From positions 64,001-128,000 of IMG/VR virus record IMGVR_UViG_2974799246_000001: a stretch of 64,000 bases of DNA, one strand, 5' to 3'. The translations under genes and the position numbers were made by a program. Source of the stretch: a virus (lineage: Duplodnaviria > Caudoviricetes). The notes under the pieces were generated by a model, which was not told the DNA's origin, did not search any database, and saw nothing but the letters and a program-made list of their open reading frames with translations. Each line of letters starts with the position of its first letter. Position 1 is the stretch's first letter. Below are positions 47,566-55,611 of the stretch, piece after piece.

Positions 47566-48344
47566 TAAGCCATCCGCAGCAGATGTTCTTTGTACGTTGC
47601 AGCACACGCAAATGCTGGATCATCGACCGAGCTACATTCGAAGCCAGTCAACATCTTGCAATCACGATACACCAGACGGCCTGTACGACCATCGAGGTAT
47701 GTAGGCTTATTGAATGCCGTGTGCGAACAGAAGTTACGATGACGCGGTGTAACCAACTGACCACAGATACTGCACTTATATGCCTTGTACGTTGTGCCTT
47801 TAGAGTACGTGTTAAGCTCGCCACTCAGAATACGGTCACAACGCTCCTTGCAGCGTGTACGGTCAAACGCCAGCAGCAGAGTAAGACGCGCATGGTTGCC
47901 ACGGAAGTTTTGCAGCTTCGACAGGTTCGAGTCAAAGATCATGCCCATTGCCTGGCGGTAATCTTTATTGTTGTGCTCGATGAACGTCGGCTTACCAATG
48001 AACGTCTGATATGCAAGACGGCCTTGGTCTGGATTGAATGTCAGCCATTCTTGAAGTGAGAACGCATCACCGTTAGTGTTCGGCAGTTCAGTGATATTCA
48101 CAGGAACAGGCACGATGATATAGTCACGAATATCTCGCGAGGTGTTGTACTGCTCGGCCGCTTTAGGCAGCCACACGTTCACGTCAAGATTAAACGAGCC
48201 TGATTGAATGCCGAAACGCGACGCATCTACACGAATGGATTTAGCATCACGGCTAACATCTTCTTTGTGCATATCAATCGCGTTTAGACCAACAAGGCCC
48301 ATATCCGAGGTATCAAAAGACTCGGAGCGAATGGACTGGTCCAT
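47565..48344 (-). CDS. Prohead (head maturation) protease
   Basis: 259 aa. NTNGDAF, FIGKP.FIEHN, TYSKG, CSICG...CSH, FECSSVDDPAF match HK97/assemblin-type prohead proteases. Confidence 0.85.
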   Translation of the reverse strand: MDQSIRSESFDTSDMGLVGLNAIDMHKEDVSRDAKSIRVDASRFGIQSGSFNLDVNVWLPKAAEQYNTSRDIRDYIIVPVPVNITELPNTNGDAFSLQEWLTFNPDQGRLAYQTFIGKPTFIEHNNKDYRQAMGMIFDSNLSKLQNFRGNHARLTLLLAFDRTRCKERCDRILSGELNTYSKGTTYKAYKCSICGQLVTPRHRNFCSHTAFNKPTYLDGRTGRLVYRDCKMLTGFECSSVDDPAFACAATYKEHLLRMA

Positions 48345-48354
48345 CGTGTTCTCC

Positions 48355-48777
48355 CTATTGGAAATTGTTGATGTTATCGGCGCTTGCGTTAGCCAAACGA
48401 ACGCAACCCTCTTCGACTTGGAAGCCGTTGAGTCCGTCCATAGTGCTTAGCCAGTAGCGCAGCCGTCCATCTGAAATTACTGCGTTTTCAACATACGCAG
48501 GAACTTCTTTGCCTGAATCTTTGAACGTGGCAATGACTTCAACGCCAGGGTAGAACACGTCGAATGACTTCGTACTGAATATCGGTTTAACGATATCGGC
48601 CTCGGTCACTGGGTGCATTGCGTAGCGACTCTGAATCATGTACAGAGCCTCAGTTGCTCCGATAAGAATCGAGTTGATTGTGCCACGCAACTGACAACGT
48701 TCAGTGCCATCTAAATTGCGCCCGTGATAGAACGTCACGATATCGCCGATGTTATAATCAAAAGAGAACTGGGCCAT
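48355..48777 (-). CDS. Hypothetical protein with two small SH3-like beta repeats
   Basis: Start revised to ATG 48777 (GAGG SD), 140 aa. FDYNIGDIVTF and FYPGVEVIATF repeats. Confidence 0.6.
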   Translation of the reverse strand: MAQFSFDYNIGDIVTFYHGRNLDGTERCQLRGTINSILIGATEALYMIQSRYAMHPVTEADIVKPIFSTKSFDVFYPGVEVIATFKDSGKEVPAYVENAVISDGRLRYWLSTMDGLNGFQVEEGCVRLANASADNINNFQ

Positions 48778-48778
48778 G

Positions 48779-49654
48779 TTAACCTCGCAGCGCACCACGT
48801 GCCCAAGACTTGGCAAGAGCCAGAGTCATACGGCTTGGGTTTTGCAGTTTGACTTCACCTTTATGTACGGCAGTGAATGGCTCATGAGCGTTCTCACCAC
48901 GGCCTGAACGATATGCAGCTTCATTGAAACCGTCGAATAGCGTTACAACCCAGCCCGTGGACTTATCAGAACATTCACCACACGCTTTGTCCCAGCTAAT
49001 CTTACCGCAAGTACGGCCACCAGCATTCACGGCATAACTTACTTGCTCGGTACCTTTATACAGGTCCTGAGATTTCAGCGCCTTGAATGTCACACGAGTA
49101 GAAGATTCGGAGCGTGGCATCATCTTCTCTTTCAGCGCCTCAATGTCCAGAGAACTCCAGAACGATTCAAACAGCGCAGCGAACTTCTGCTCAATAGGCA
49201 GGTCGATTGTGTTGATCTGTGCGATAGTGCTGGAGCTGTCGTTCAGCACACGGTTAAGGAAATAGCCGCCAAGAATTACAGGCATCTGGGTGCCTTGTGT
49301 GCCAGCCGTAAGGCCAGCACGTTTGGCGTACATATCACACATGCCGATAGCAAGACGCGCCAACGTCATGAACGTCTGCTTCTCGGTACTGTTAGCGATC
49401 TCCGTGTAGATACGCGCAGCGATTGCAGGCACTACAGTGCGTTTCGCCACGCTTAGGATATCTTCTGGAGAGATGGCCTGACCGAGTTTCTTCTTGGCAG
49501 CCAGCTCGAAAGCATTAATCAGGCTTGCTTTGTTCGCTGGTGTCAGAGACTCGCTCAACTTGATAGTCGTCTGCTCGGAGCTGTTCACCAGACTCGGCTG
49601 CGGTGCTACCTTCAGTCTGCGGACTCCCGTCGTGTTCAATCGAGCTACTGTCAT
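48779..49654 (-). CDS. Hypothetical protein, possible head protein
   Basis: 291 aa; contains LSES and RSES motifs. Confidence 0.7.
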   Translation of the reverse strand: MTVARLNTTGVRRLKVAPQPSLVNSSEQTTIKLSESLTPANKASLINAFELAAKKKLGQAISPEDILSVAKRTVVPAIAARIYTEIANSTEKQTFMTLARLAIGMCDMYAKRAGLTAGTQGTQMPVILGGYFLNRVLNDSSSTIAQINTIDLPIEQKFAALFESFWSSLDIEALKEKMMPRSESSTRVTFKALKSQDLYKGTEQVSYAVNAGGRTCGKISWDKACGECSDKSTGWVVTLFDGFNEAAYRSGRGENAHEPFTAVHKGEVKLQNPSRMTLALAKSWARGALRG

Positions 49655-50759
49655 TTGTTTCTTCCTGAGTAGGAGCCTGTAGATATTGCAGCAGGCCAGA
49701 GTTCATGATCTCCTCATTCACATCCTGACCACGAAGCGTAGCGAGATGTGCGAGGTAATTGAGTGCGGGTTCGACCATACCCAGATTGCGACAGCCCCAA
49801 TAGGCTATGTCATAACACAGGTCTAAATTAATAGCGGTCTGATCGAACAGGAAACCTTTTGGATTCTGCTTGGTTGCTTCGATACCTTGAACAGCCATAC
49901 CGATAGCATTGATGTTATCGCCGTGTCGGTAGAAGATATCGGCCAGCATCGAATACGCTTCAATGCGGTCAGGACGGAATGCTATGGCGCGATAACACGC
50001 ACACACCGCTTCCTGAGTGAAGCCCTGTTTGTACGTGGCTTTCGCTAGTTCGATGTTGGCGATTGTAACGTAATCCGCCCACTTAGCAATGCCAGCAAGA
50101 CGATCTACTTCACGCCGTGCATCTTCGAGCAAATCAGGACGTTCGTAATACGCAACGGCATAGCAGAGTTCACGCGCATAGTAGAAACTGCAACGGTCAT
50201 CATGCGGATAGTCACCAACATCAAGTCCAAGCTCTAGCAGATAGTTACGGCCTTTGCTGTGGTCTGGATAGTGATCGGTGGCGAACGGAGCTTCAACCGT
50301 TCTGAGTTGCTGTCCAGGCTTGCGCGAGGTCAGCACTTCATGCGCACGATATTTCCAGAAGTAAGAACGACGGCGGTAGGCCTTCATCTGACTGTAGTGG
50401 CTGTCACCATTGCGCATCAGAATCCAAACAGCTTCTGCCTTCTTAATGCCTTGCATTGTGCGCAGCTTCTCAACCCAATCAGGGTCATCAAAACGCTCAT
50501 CAATATCAAGCCACACTACAAGGTCATCTTCGGAGAATGGCGTAGCGGCCAGTTCACGACTTGCACCAAGGTTACGCTCTTGACTAACATCAAACGTGTG
50601 GTAGATGTTAGGGTGCGTGAACGCCGAGATGATGTTTGTGGTTTGGTCTTCGCTGCCTGTATCGACAATGCTAATCGCATCAGCCTTGGCTACGTGCTTC
50701 AACCACTCACTCATATTCTTTTCTTCATTGCGACAGATAGCCGCTACGCAAATTCTCAT
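49515..50759 (-). CDS. Family 2 glycosyltransferase with TPR repeats
   Basis: ICRNEEKN, IVDTGSEDQT, SRE, WLDIDE (DxD), HEVL, then TPR-like helices (DRCSFYYAREL, PDRIEAYSMLADIFY). Confidence 0.9.
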   Translation of the reverse strand: MRICVAAICRNEEKNMSEWLKHVAKADAISIVDTGSEDQTTNIISAFTHPNIYHTFDVSQERNLGASRELAATPFSEDDLVVWLDIDERFDDPDWVEKLRTMQGIKKAEAVWILMRNGDSHYSQMKAYRRRSYFWKYRAHEVLTSRKPGQQLRTVEAPFATDHYPDHSKGRNYLLELGLDVGDYPHDDRCSFYYARELCYAVAYYERPDLLEDARREVDRLAGIAKWADYVTIANIELAKATYKQGFTQEAVCACYRAIAFRPDRIEAYSMLADIFYRHGDNINAIGMAVQGIEATKQNPKGFLFDQTAINLDLCYDIAYWGCRNLGMVEPALNYLAHLATLRGQDVNEEIMNSGLLQYLQAPTQEETNDSSSIEHDGSPQTEGSTAAESGEQLRADDYQVERVSDTSEQSKPD

Positions 50760-50774
50760 ACATGCCTCATTGGG

Positions 50775-51692
50775 TTATACTAAAACGTTACCACTATCCC
50801 ACCAGCGCTTACCGTAGATATCAGACACACGGTATTCGAGGATGAGAGGTTGGTCCAGGTCGACTTGTGTTATGTATCGCTGTAGAGAAGGACTCCACAC
50901 TGTTTTCTCCTCAGTGTAAAGCCGTATCTCCAGCTCAACGTCGCCTTGAGAGTTCTTCGGTACGAACGGATGAGAATAGTCCCCATCGAAACCCGCACCA
51001 AGAGAGTCGTCGAAGTAAGTGAATGCGCGAACTTCTTCACCAGTGTTGATGATCGTGGGTGCATACACTTGACGGTTATAATACGCAGTATAGTCGGCAA
51101 CAGTTGTCTGCCAAACTGTACGGCGCTTATAGATACGCGTCACGCCTTTGCTGTCTGTCTCCGCACGATATTGGTTGTAGTACCAAGTTATCTGTGCGAA
51201 CTTAACAGGCTTCAACGGTGTTTGACCAGACGCATATTTCATGAACGGCTTCGCAGTGAAACGGTGATATGTCTTCTGCGTGTTCAAGCGATAAAGCAGA
51301 ACCTGATACGTGTACCACTGATAAACATCGAGGGTAATCGTACCTGAGTCTGATTGCTGCGTACCGTTAGTCAGGATGTATGCGAAACAGTCCGTACCAA
51401 CGTAGCCGCTGCGTGGGTTATAGAGGAACGCATCGCTAAAGTTGTTCAGTTGCACCGTGCCTACCATCGGGTCATTGACCTTGATCGCAGAAAGGCGCCA
51501 ACCCCTTTGAGCTGGCACCTTATCAAGCACACCCTCAGTCGGGCTATGCAACGTCACTTCATCACGAGCGCCTTGTAAGATCTTTTCGAGCGGTAACTCG
51601 GTCTTACCCGAGTTACGCACTCGCACCGTAAGGTTCGGAGCTAATGGTTTGTAATTGCGCCAATAGTCGAACGTACAAGGCAAAGAGAGCAT
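50775..51692 (-). CDS. Virion protein with Ig/cadherin-like domain
   Basis: 305 aa. FLYNPRSGYVGTDCFAYILTNG...SGTITLDV. Confidence 0.7.
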   Translation of the reverse strand: MLSLPCTFDYWRNYKPLAPNLTVRVRNSGKTELPLEKILQGARDEVTLHSPTEGVLDKVPAQRGWRLSAIKVNDPMVGTVQLNNFSDAFLYNPRSGYVGTDCFAYILTNGTQQSDSGTITLDVYQWYTYQVLLYRLNTQKTYHRFTAKPFMKYASGQTPLKPVKFAQITWYYNQYRAETDSKGVTRIYKRRTVWQTTVADYTAYYNRQVYAPTIINTGEEVRAFTYFDDSLGAGFDGDYSHPFVPKNSQGDVELEIRLYTEEKTVWSPSLQRYITQVDLDQPLILEYRVSDIYGKRWWDSGNVLV

Positions 51693-51694
51693 AG

Positions 51695-53641
51695 TTACTC
51701 CAGTTTGTACTTGCTCTTAAACTCTGCGAGTCCCATAACAGGGATGCCTTTGTCCATCGCTTTCTGGAGTTTCGCAGAACCAGAGCCAGGGTCTTTTGCG
51801 ATCAGTATCGTCGTATCGGCTTTCATGCTATCAGAAGCAGTACCACCAAGTTCAACGATACGCTTCATCAGGTCGCGATCACGAATGCCTGTGAATGCTA
51901 CGTTAACGCCTTTTAGCTTGGAGCTAACCACTTTCACTTTCTTCGGAGCAACGAGAGTCACGCCCATATTCGCGGCCATCATGTATGACTTAACAGCAGC
52001 TTCTGCGATGGCAGGACCGAGCTTGTCGATGCCGTGCATACCACTAATCTTGAGAACAAGGTCTGCGGTATATCCACGCTTGAGGTAATACTCAAGGTTA
52101 GGAATGGCGTCAACAACTTTGTCGAACGTAGTGTTAGCCCCGCGCATGAAGAATGACGCTGTAGCTTTTAGCCACGTATTCATCGGCACACCAGCTTTCA
52201 ACGCTTTGAGATCTTTAGCCAGTTGACGACCGCGAGAGTCGCCTACGATTTCACGCAGCGCACTCATTGAAGCACTAAACAACTGCTCAGGAGTTTTGAT
52301 GCCTGACTCAACAAGCATCTTACAAGTACCAGGTCCCGTGTTCGCAACGTCCAGTCCTTTCAAGAACGAGCCAAGCATACGAGCATCAGCAGCAGACGAC
52401 TTCGTTTTGACGACGAACTCTACACCACTGATCTTGTACGGCACGCCAGGCAACTTAGGCTTCTTAGCGGGCTTGAGAATCTCCATGATGTATGGGATTA
52501 CCTTACCGCTTCGAATCAACTTAACCTTAGCACCAGGGCCCAGCGGGCGTTTAGGGCCAAGCACTGCACCTTTCTTCTTCGGCTTGAGATAGCCGTGCTC
52601 AACGTAGAAACCGTTGTGCGCAGAAGCACGTTCGACAGTTACACCACCAGGCATAACAGTAGGTGGGAACAGTGCGACAGGAGCCAGTACGCCGTACTTG
52701 GACTCTTGATAGATAACGTCTTTGACAGTCACGATCACCGTGTCCGCTTCAACGTTCATCTTGAACTTAAAGGCATGTCGTGGGTTGCTTGCCGTAGCTT
52801 TCGGCGTGGCCACATCACGAGTCATCACGATGCCGTCGAGTTCATACTTCGCTTTGGCTATACGCTTGTCTAACCAAGGAATGAGTTCTTCCTGATTGTC
52901 GAAACGCAATGGACCAAAGTGACGCACTACCTCGAATCCCCACTTGTCTAACAGTTTGAACTGTTTCGACTGCGAGAGCGTGGCACCTTTACCACCGATG
53001 ATACCGAAGCATACCATGTGGACGTACTTGAACTCTTTAGAAGTTTCAAAGTTACGGATGAGTCCTGACGCAGCGTTACGTGCGGCCTTGAAGCGACCAC
53101 CAGCAGATTCGTGCAGCTTCGCCATAAAGGTCTTGTAGGGAATCAGCGCTTCACAGCGTATAACCACCTGACCCTTTTCTGGGATTTTCTGAGGAATGCG
53201 CATGGCCGGAAGGTGCTGAGACACATCCTTACCGTGAGTAGCATCGCCGCGAGTAAGAGCACGAACAGGCACACCCTTCTCGTAAACGATTTCAATACTC
53301 AAGCCATCGAGCTTATCTGTCAGAATCCAGTCAACGTCTTCGGCCAGAGCCTTAGACAGTTGCTTACCACCGAGCGTATACTGATCGAGACTCGCCATAG
53401 GAACAGGCAGCTTAACATCGGAATCATCACGAGCACCGATCTTACGAGCCAGCTTGGACTTAGGCCAGCGCGTGTCGATATAGCGACGAATATGGTCATA
53501 GACCGCATCCGATATCAAGCCTTCCGAATCAGTGTGGAACGCATCATCAAGATGCGCCACAAGTTTCGTTGTCTGCGTCAGATTGAGCGTGTCCAGAATC
53601 TTATCAGGATTCCTTTCGAGCCGCTTCAATGAGATTTGCAT
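51695..53641 (-). CDS. ligA: NAD-dependent DNA ligase
   Basis: Start revised to ATG 53641 (GGAG SD), 648 aa. ISDAVYD, MASL, KLDG, TRGD, RNAASG, ELDGIV, AFKFK and a C-terminal BRCT domain. Confidence 0.95.
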   Translation of the reverse strand: MQISLKRLERNPDKILDTLNLTQTTKLVAHLDDAFHTDSEGLISDAVYDHIRRYIDTRWPKSKLARKIGARDDSDVKLPVPMASLDQYTLGGKQLSKALAEDVDWILTDKLDGLSIEIVYEKGVPVRALTRGDATHGKDVSQHLPAMRIPQKIPEKGQVVIRCEALIPYKTFMAKLHESAGGRFKAARNAASGLIRNFETSKEFKYVHMVCFGIIGGKGATLSQSKQFKLLDKWGFEVVRHFGPLRFDNQEELIPWLDKRIAKAKYELDGIVMTRDVATPKATASNPRHAFKFKMNVEADTVIVTVKDVIYQESKYGVLAPVALFPPTVMPGGVTVERASAHNGFYVEHGYLKPKKKGAVLGPKRPLGPGAKVKLIRSGKVIPYIMEILKPAKKPKLPGVPYKISGVEFVVKTKSSAADARMLGSFLKGLDVANTGPGTCKMLVESGIKTPEQLFSASMSALREIVGDSRGRQLAKDLKALKAGVPMNTWLKATASFFMRGANTTFDKVVDAIPNLEYYLKRGYTADLVLKISGMHGIDKLGPAIAEAAVKSYMMAANMGVTLVAPKKVKVVSSKLKGVNVAFTGIRDRDLMKRIVELGGTASDSMKADTTILIAKDPGSGSAKLQKAMDKGIPVMGLAEFKSKYKLE

Positions 53642-53670
53642 GTTGTTTTCTCCGATCGTCATCAACACTG

Positions 53671-53680
53671 TTATTTACAG
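53671..53680 (-). promoter_or_regulatory. Putative promoter motif CTGTAAATAA
   Basis: Intergenic, about 30 nt upstream of the ligase ATG; identical to the motif upstream of the candidate ncRNA. Confidence 0.5.
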
Positions 53681-53681
53681 T

Positions 53682-55550
53682 CTAGCTGGCGATTGGGTCT
53701 TTGTTGACAGGATAATCTTCCACCATATCGATCACGCGATTGAACAGCTTAGGCGTCATATCTTTCACATGTTCGGCATAGTCAAAGAGGTTTTGTTTAC
53801 GCGCACGGTTCACACGGACCTGACGCACTTCATCAGGGCTGTTGGTGATATCGTACAGCGTATAGACCACGATATTATCAGAGGCGTTGTGCGTACTAAC
53901 ACGGACGATAACCCAATCACGATTGAGTTTGGCATCTGCTCTGAATCGCAGCACGTCACCTTCTTCCGCTTCTTCTGCGCGAGCATTAGGAGTGGATTTG
54001 TTGGCGGCAGCAATCTTCTTCGCAGTCTCTTTAGCTTCGGCTTCTGCGGCAGCAACGTCAGAGTCTTGGTCTTCCTCTGCGTCATTCTCATCTACCGCGT
54101 CAGTAGCGTCGGCTTCTGGGTCATCATCGGAGGCTTCGTCGTCTTCTGCTCCAGAATCTTCTGAGTCAGCTCCTTCGTCGTCAGCACCTTCATCATCCAC
54201 GGATTCGGAATCATCGTCGGCAGTGTCGTCCTCATTTGATTCATCATCAACATCTGGATCGCTATCGTCAACGTCTTCTTCTGCATCTGGGTCTTCCTCT
54301 TCCTCTTCCTCTTCACCGTCAGTAGAGTCTTCTTCCTCTTCTTCTGGCGCAGGTTTAGCAGGCTTGGCCCCTTTCTTAGGACGCACTTTAGGTGGCGGAG
54401 TATCTTCTTCGTCGTCTTCTGGTTCGTCAATATCAGAAAGGTCGAGCGCAGGTTCTTCGTGGTCTTCTGAATCATCACCACCAAACAGCGAACCTACAGA
54501 ATCTTCGATGTTGAACATGTCGCCTGCAAACGGGCTGCGAGATAACACGTCTTCGAGTTTCTGCTCATCGAAGTCCAGATCGATTTCGACTTCTTCAATC
54601 GCATCGTCCAGTTCTTCGTGCTCGATGACACGCACACGCTTACCACGTTTGTCGATACCATCTTCGTAGACAGTGCGCACTTCTGCTTTAGGCGCTTCGA
54701 TCTCACCGGACTTAACCTTGCTACGCAGGTCTTTCATCTCGGCAGCACGGGCCTGTTGCTTTTTGCGTGTCTCTTTCGCCAGCTCTTTACGCTGCTGCTT
54801 TTGCTCAAGAATTTTCGCGTTGTTGGCGAGGCGTACAGCTTCTTCCTCTTCCAGTTGCGAGCGCTTACGATGACGACGCACCTGCTTGCGATATGCTTTC
54901 AGTGTATCAATGTCCACATCACCTTTCGGCCAATCATTGAAAGGCAGAATGTTGGTGTCGTGAACAAGCAGATCGTATTGTGCGTCATCAATCTTAACGA
55001 ACAGGCCTTCGGTGTTAATGACCACACCACCTTTACCTTGTCGCAAGAAGCGTACACCGATCATGTCGTTTTTGTACAGCTTGAGCATACCCTTAGAAGT
55101 CTTAATAGGATATTCCATGCTCGGAACCATACGCCACTGATAGTTATCGAAGTTAACACCGTACACAGCCTCAGACTTCACAGACTTAGGCGAAAAGCGG
55201 GCAGCATCGAACTGCACACGATTGATTTGACGCTGCATGGTTTTAGCGCCAGCAGTCTTCGTGCGCGTTTCACGTTGAACAACATCGGGGACCTTGCGCA
55301 GTTTGGAGCTACGCTCAATCAGGAACAGGCCTGTTGTTTTATCGAGAGGGAAGTCAACGTGAGGCATGTCGGCAAAGATTAATGTGTAGCGACCGCCATT
55401 GCGCAGCGGGAGAATGCCGAAAGTATCTCCATCACGAATCATACGCTTATGAGTTCGTTGGGATACTTCCTTGCCGCGTGAACCTTTATACTTCATCCAC
55501 GCGTACTTCGTTACTGCATCTTCATGAGATGCGGACACGGAAAGTATCAT
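53682..55550 (-). CDS. Hypothetical protein with two copies of the shared domain, coiled coil and long acidic region; probable head protein
   Basis: Start revised to ATG 55550 (MILSVSAS), about 33 nt below a GCTAATTT motif; 622 aa. Confidence 0.7.
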   Translation of the reverse strand: MILSVSASHEDAVTKYAWMKYKGSRGKEVSQRTHKRMIRDGDTFGILPLRNGGRYTLIFADMPHVDFPLDKTTGLFLIERSSKLRKVPDVVQRETRTKTAGAKTMQRQINRVQFDAARFSPKSVKSEAVYGVNFDNYQWRMVPSMEYPIKTSKGMLKLYKNDMIGVRFLRQGKGGVVINTEGLFVKIDDAQYDLLVHDTNILPFNDWPKGDVDIDTLKAYRKQVRRHRKRSQLEEEEAVRLANNAKILEQKQQRKELAKETRKKQQARAAEMKDLRSKVKSGEIEAPKAEVRTVYEDGIDKRGKRVRVIEHEELDDAIEEVEIDLDFDEQKLEDVLSRSPFAGDMFNIEDSVGSLFGGDDSEDHEEPALDLSDIDEPEDDEEDTPPPKVRPKKGAKPAKPAPEEEEEDSTDGEEEEEEEDPDAEEDVDDSDPDVDDESNEDDTADDDSESVDDEGADDEGADSEDSGAEDDEASDDDPEADATDAVDENDAEEDQDSDVAAAEAEAKETAKKIAAANKSTPNARAEEAEEGDVLRFRADAKLNRDWVIVRVSTHNASDNIVVYTLYDITNSPDEVRQVRVNRARKQNLFDYAEHVKDMTPKLFNRVIDMVEDYPVNKDPIAS

Positions 55551-55582
55551 GTTCTTGTCTCTATGTTGTCTGTCACTCATTG

Positions 55583-55590
55583 AAATTAGC
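55583..55590 (-). promoter_or_regulatory. Putative late promoter motif GCTAATTT
   Basis: Lies between the stop at 55612 and the ATG at 55550. Confidence 0.55.
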
Positions 55591-55611
55591 TTACGCAAGG
55601 TAAAGCGGGGA

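Noticed and set aside
45048-54669. Plus-strand poly-Ser ORFs (45048-45590, 53887-54669) and the alternative-frame Thr/Lys/Met ORF 45073-45768
   Set aside because: Frame and strand shadows of Asp/Glu-rich coding tracts.
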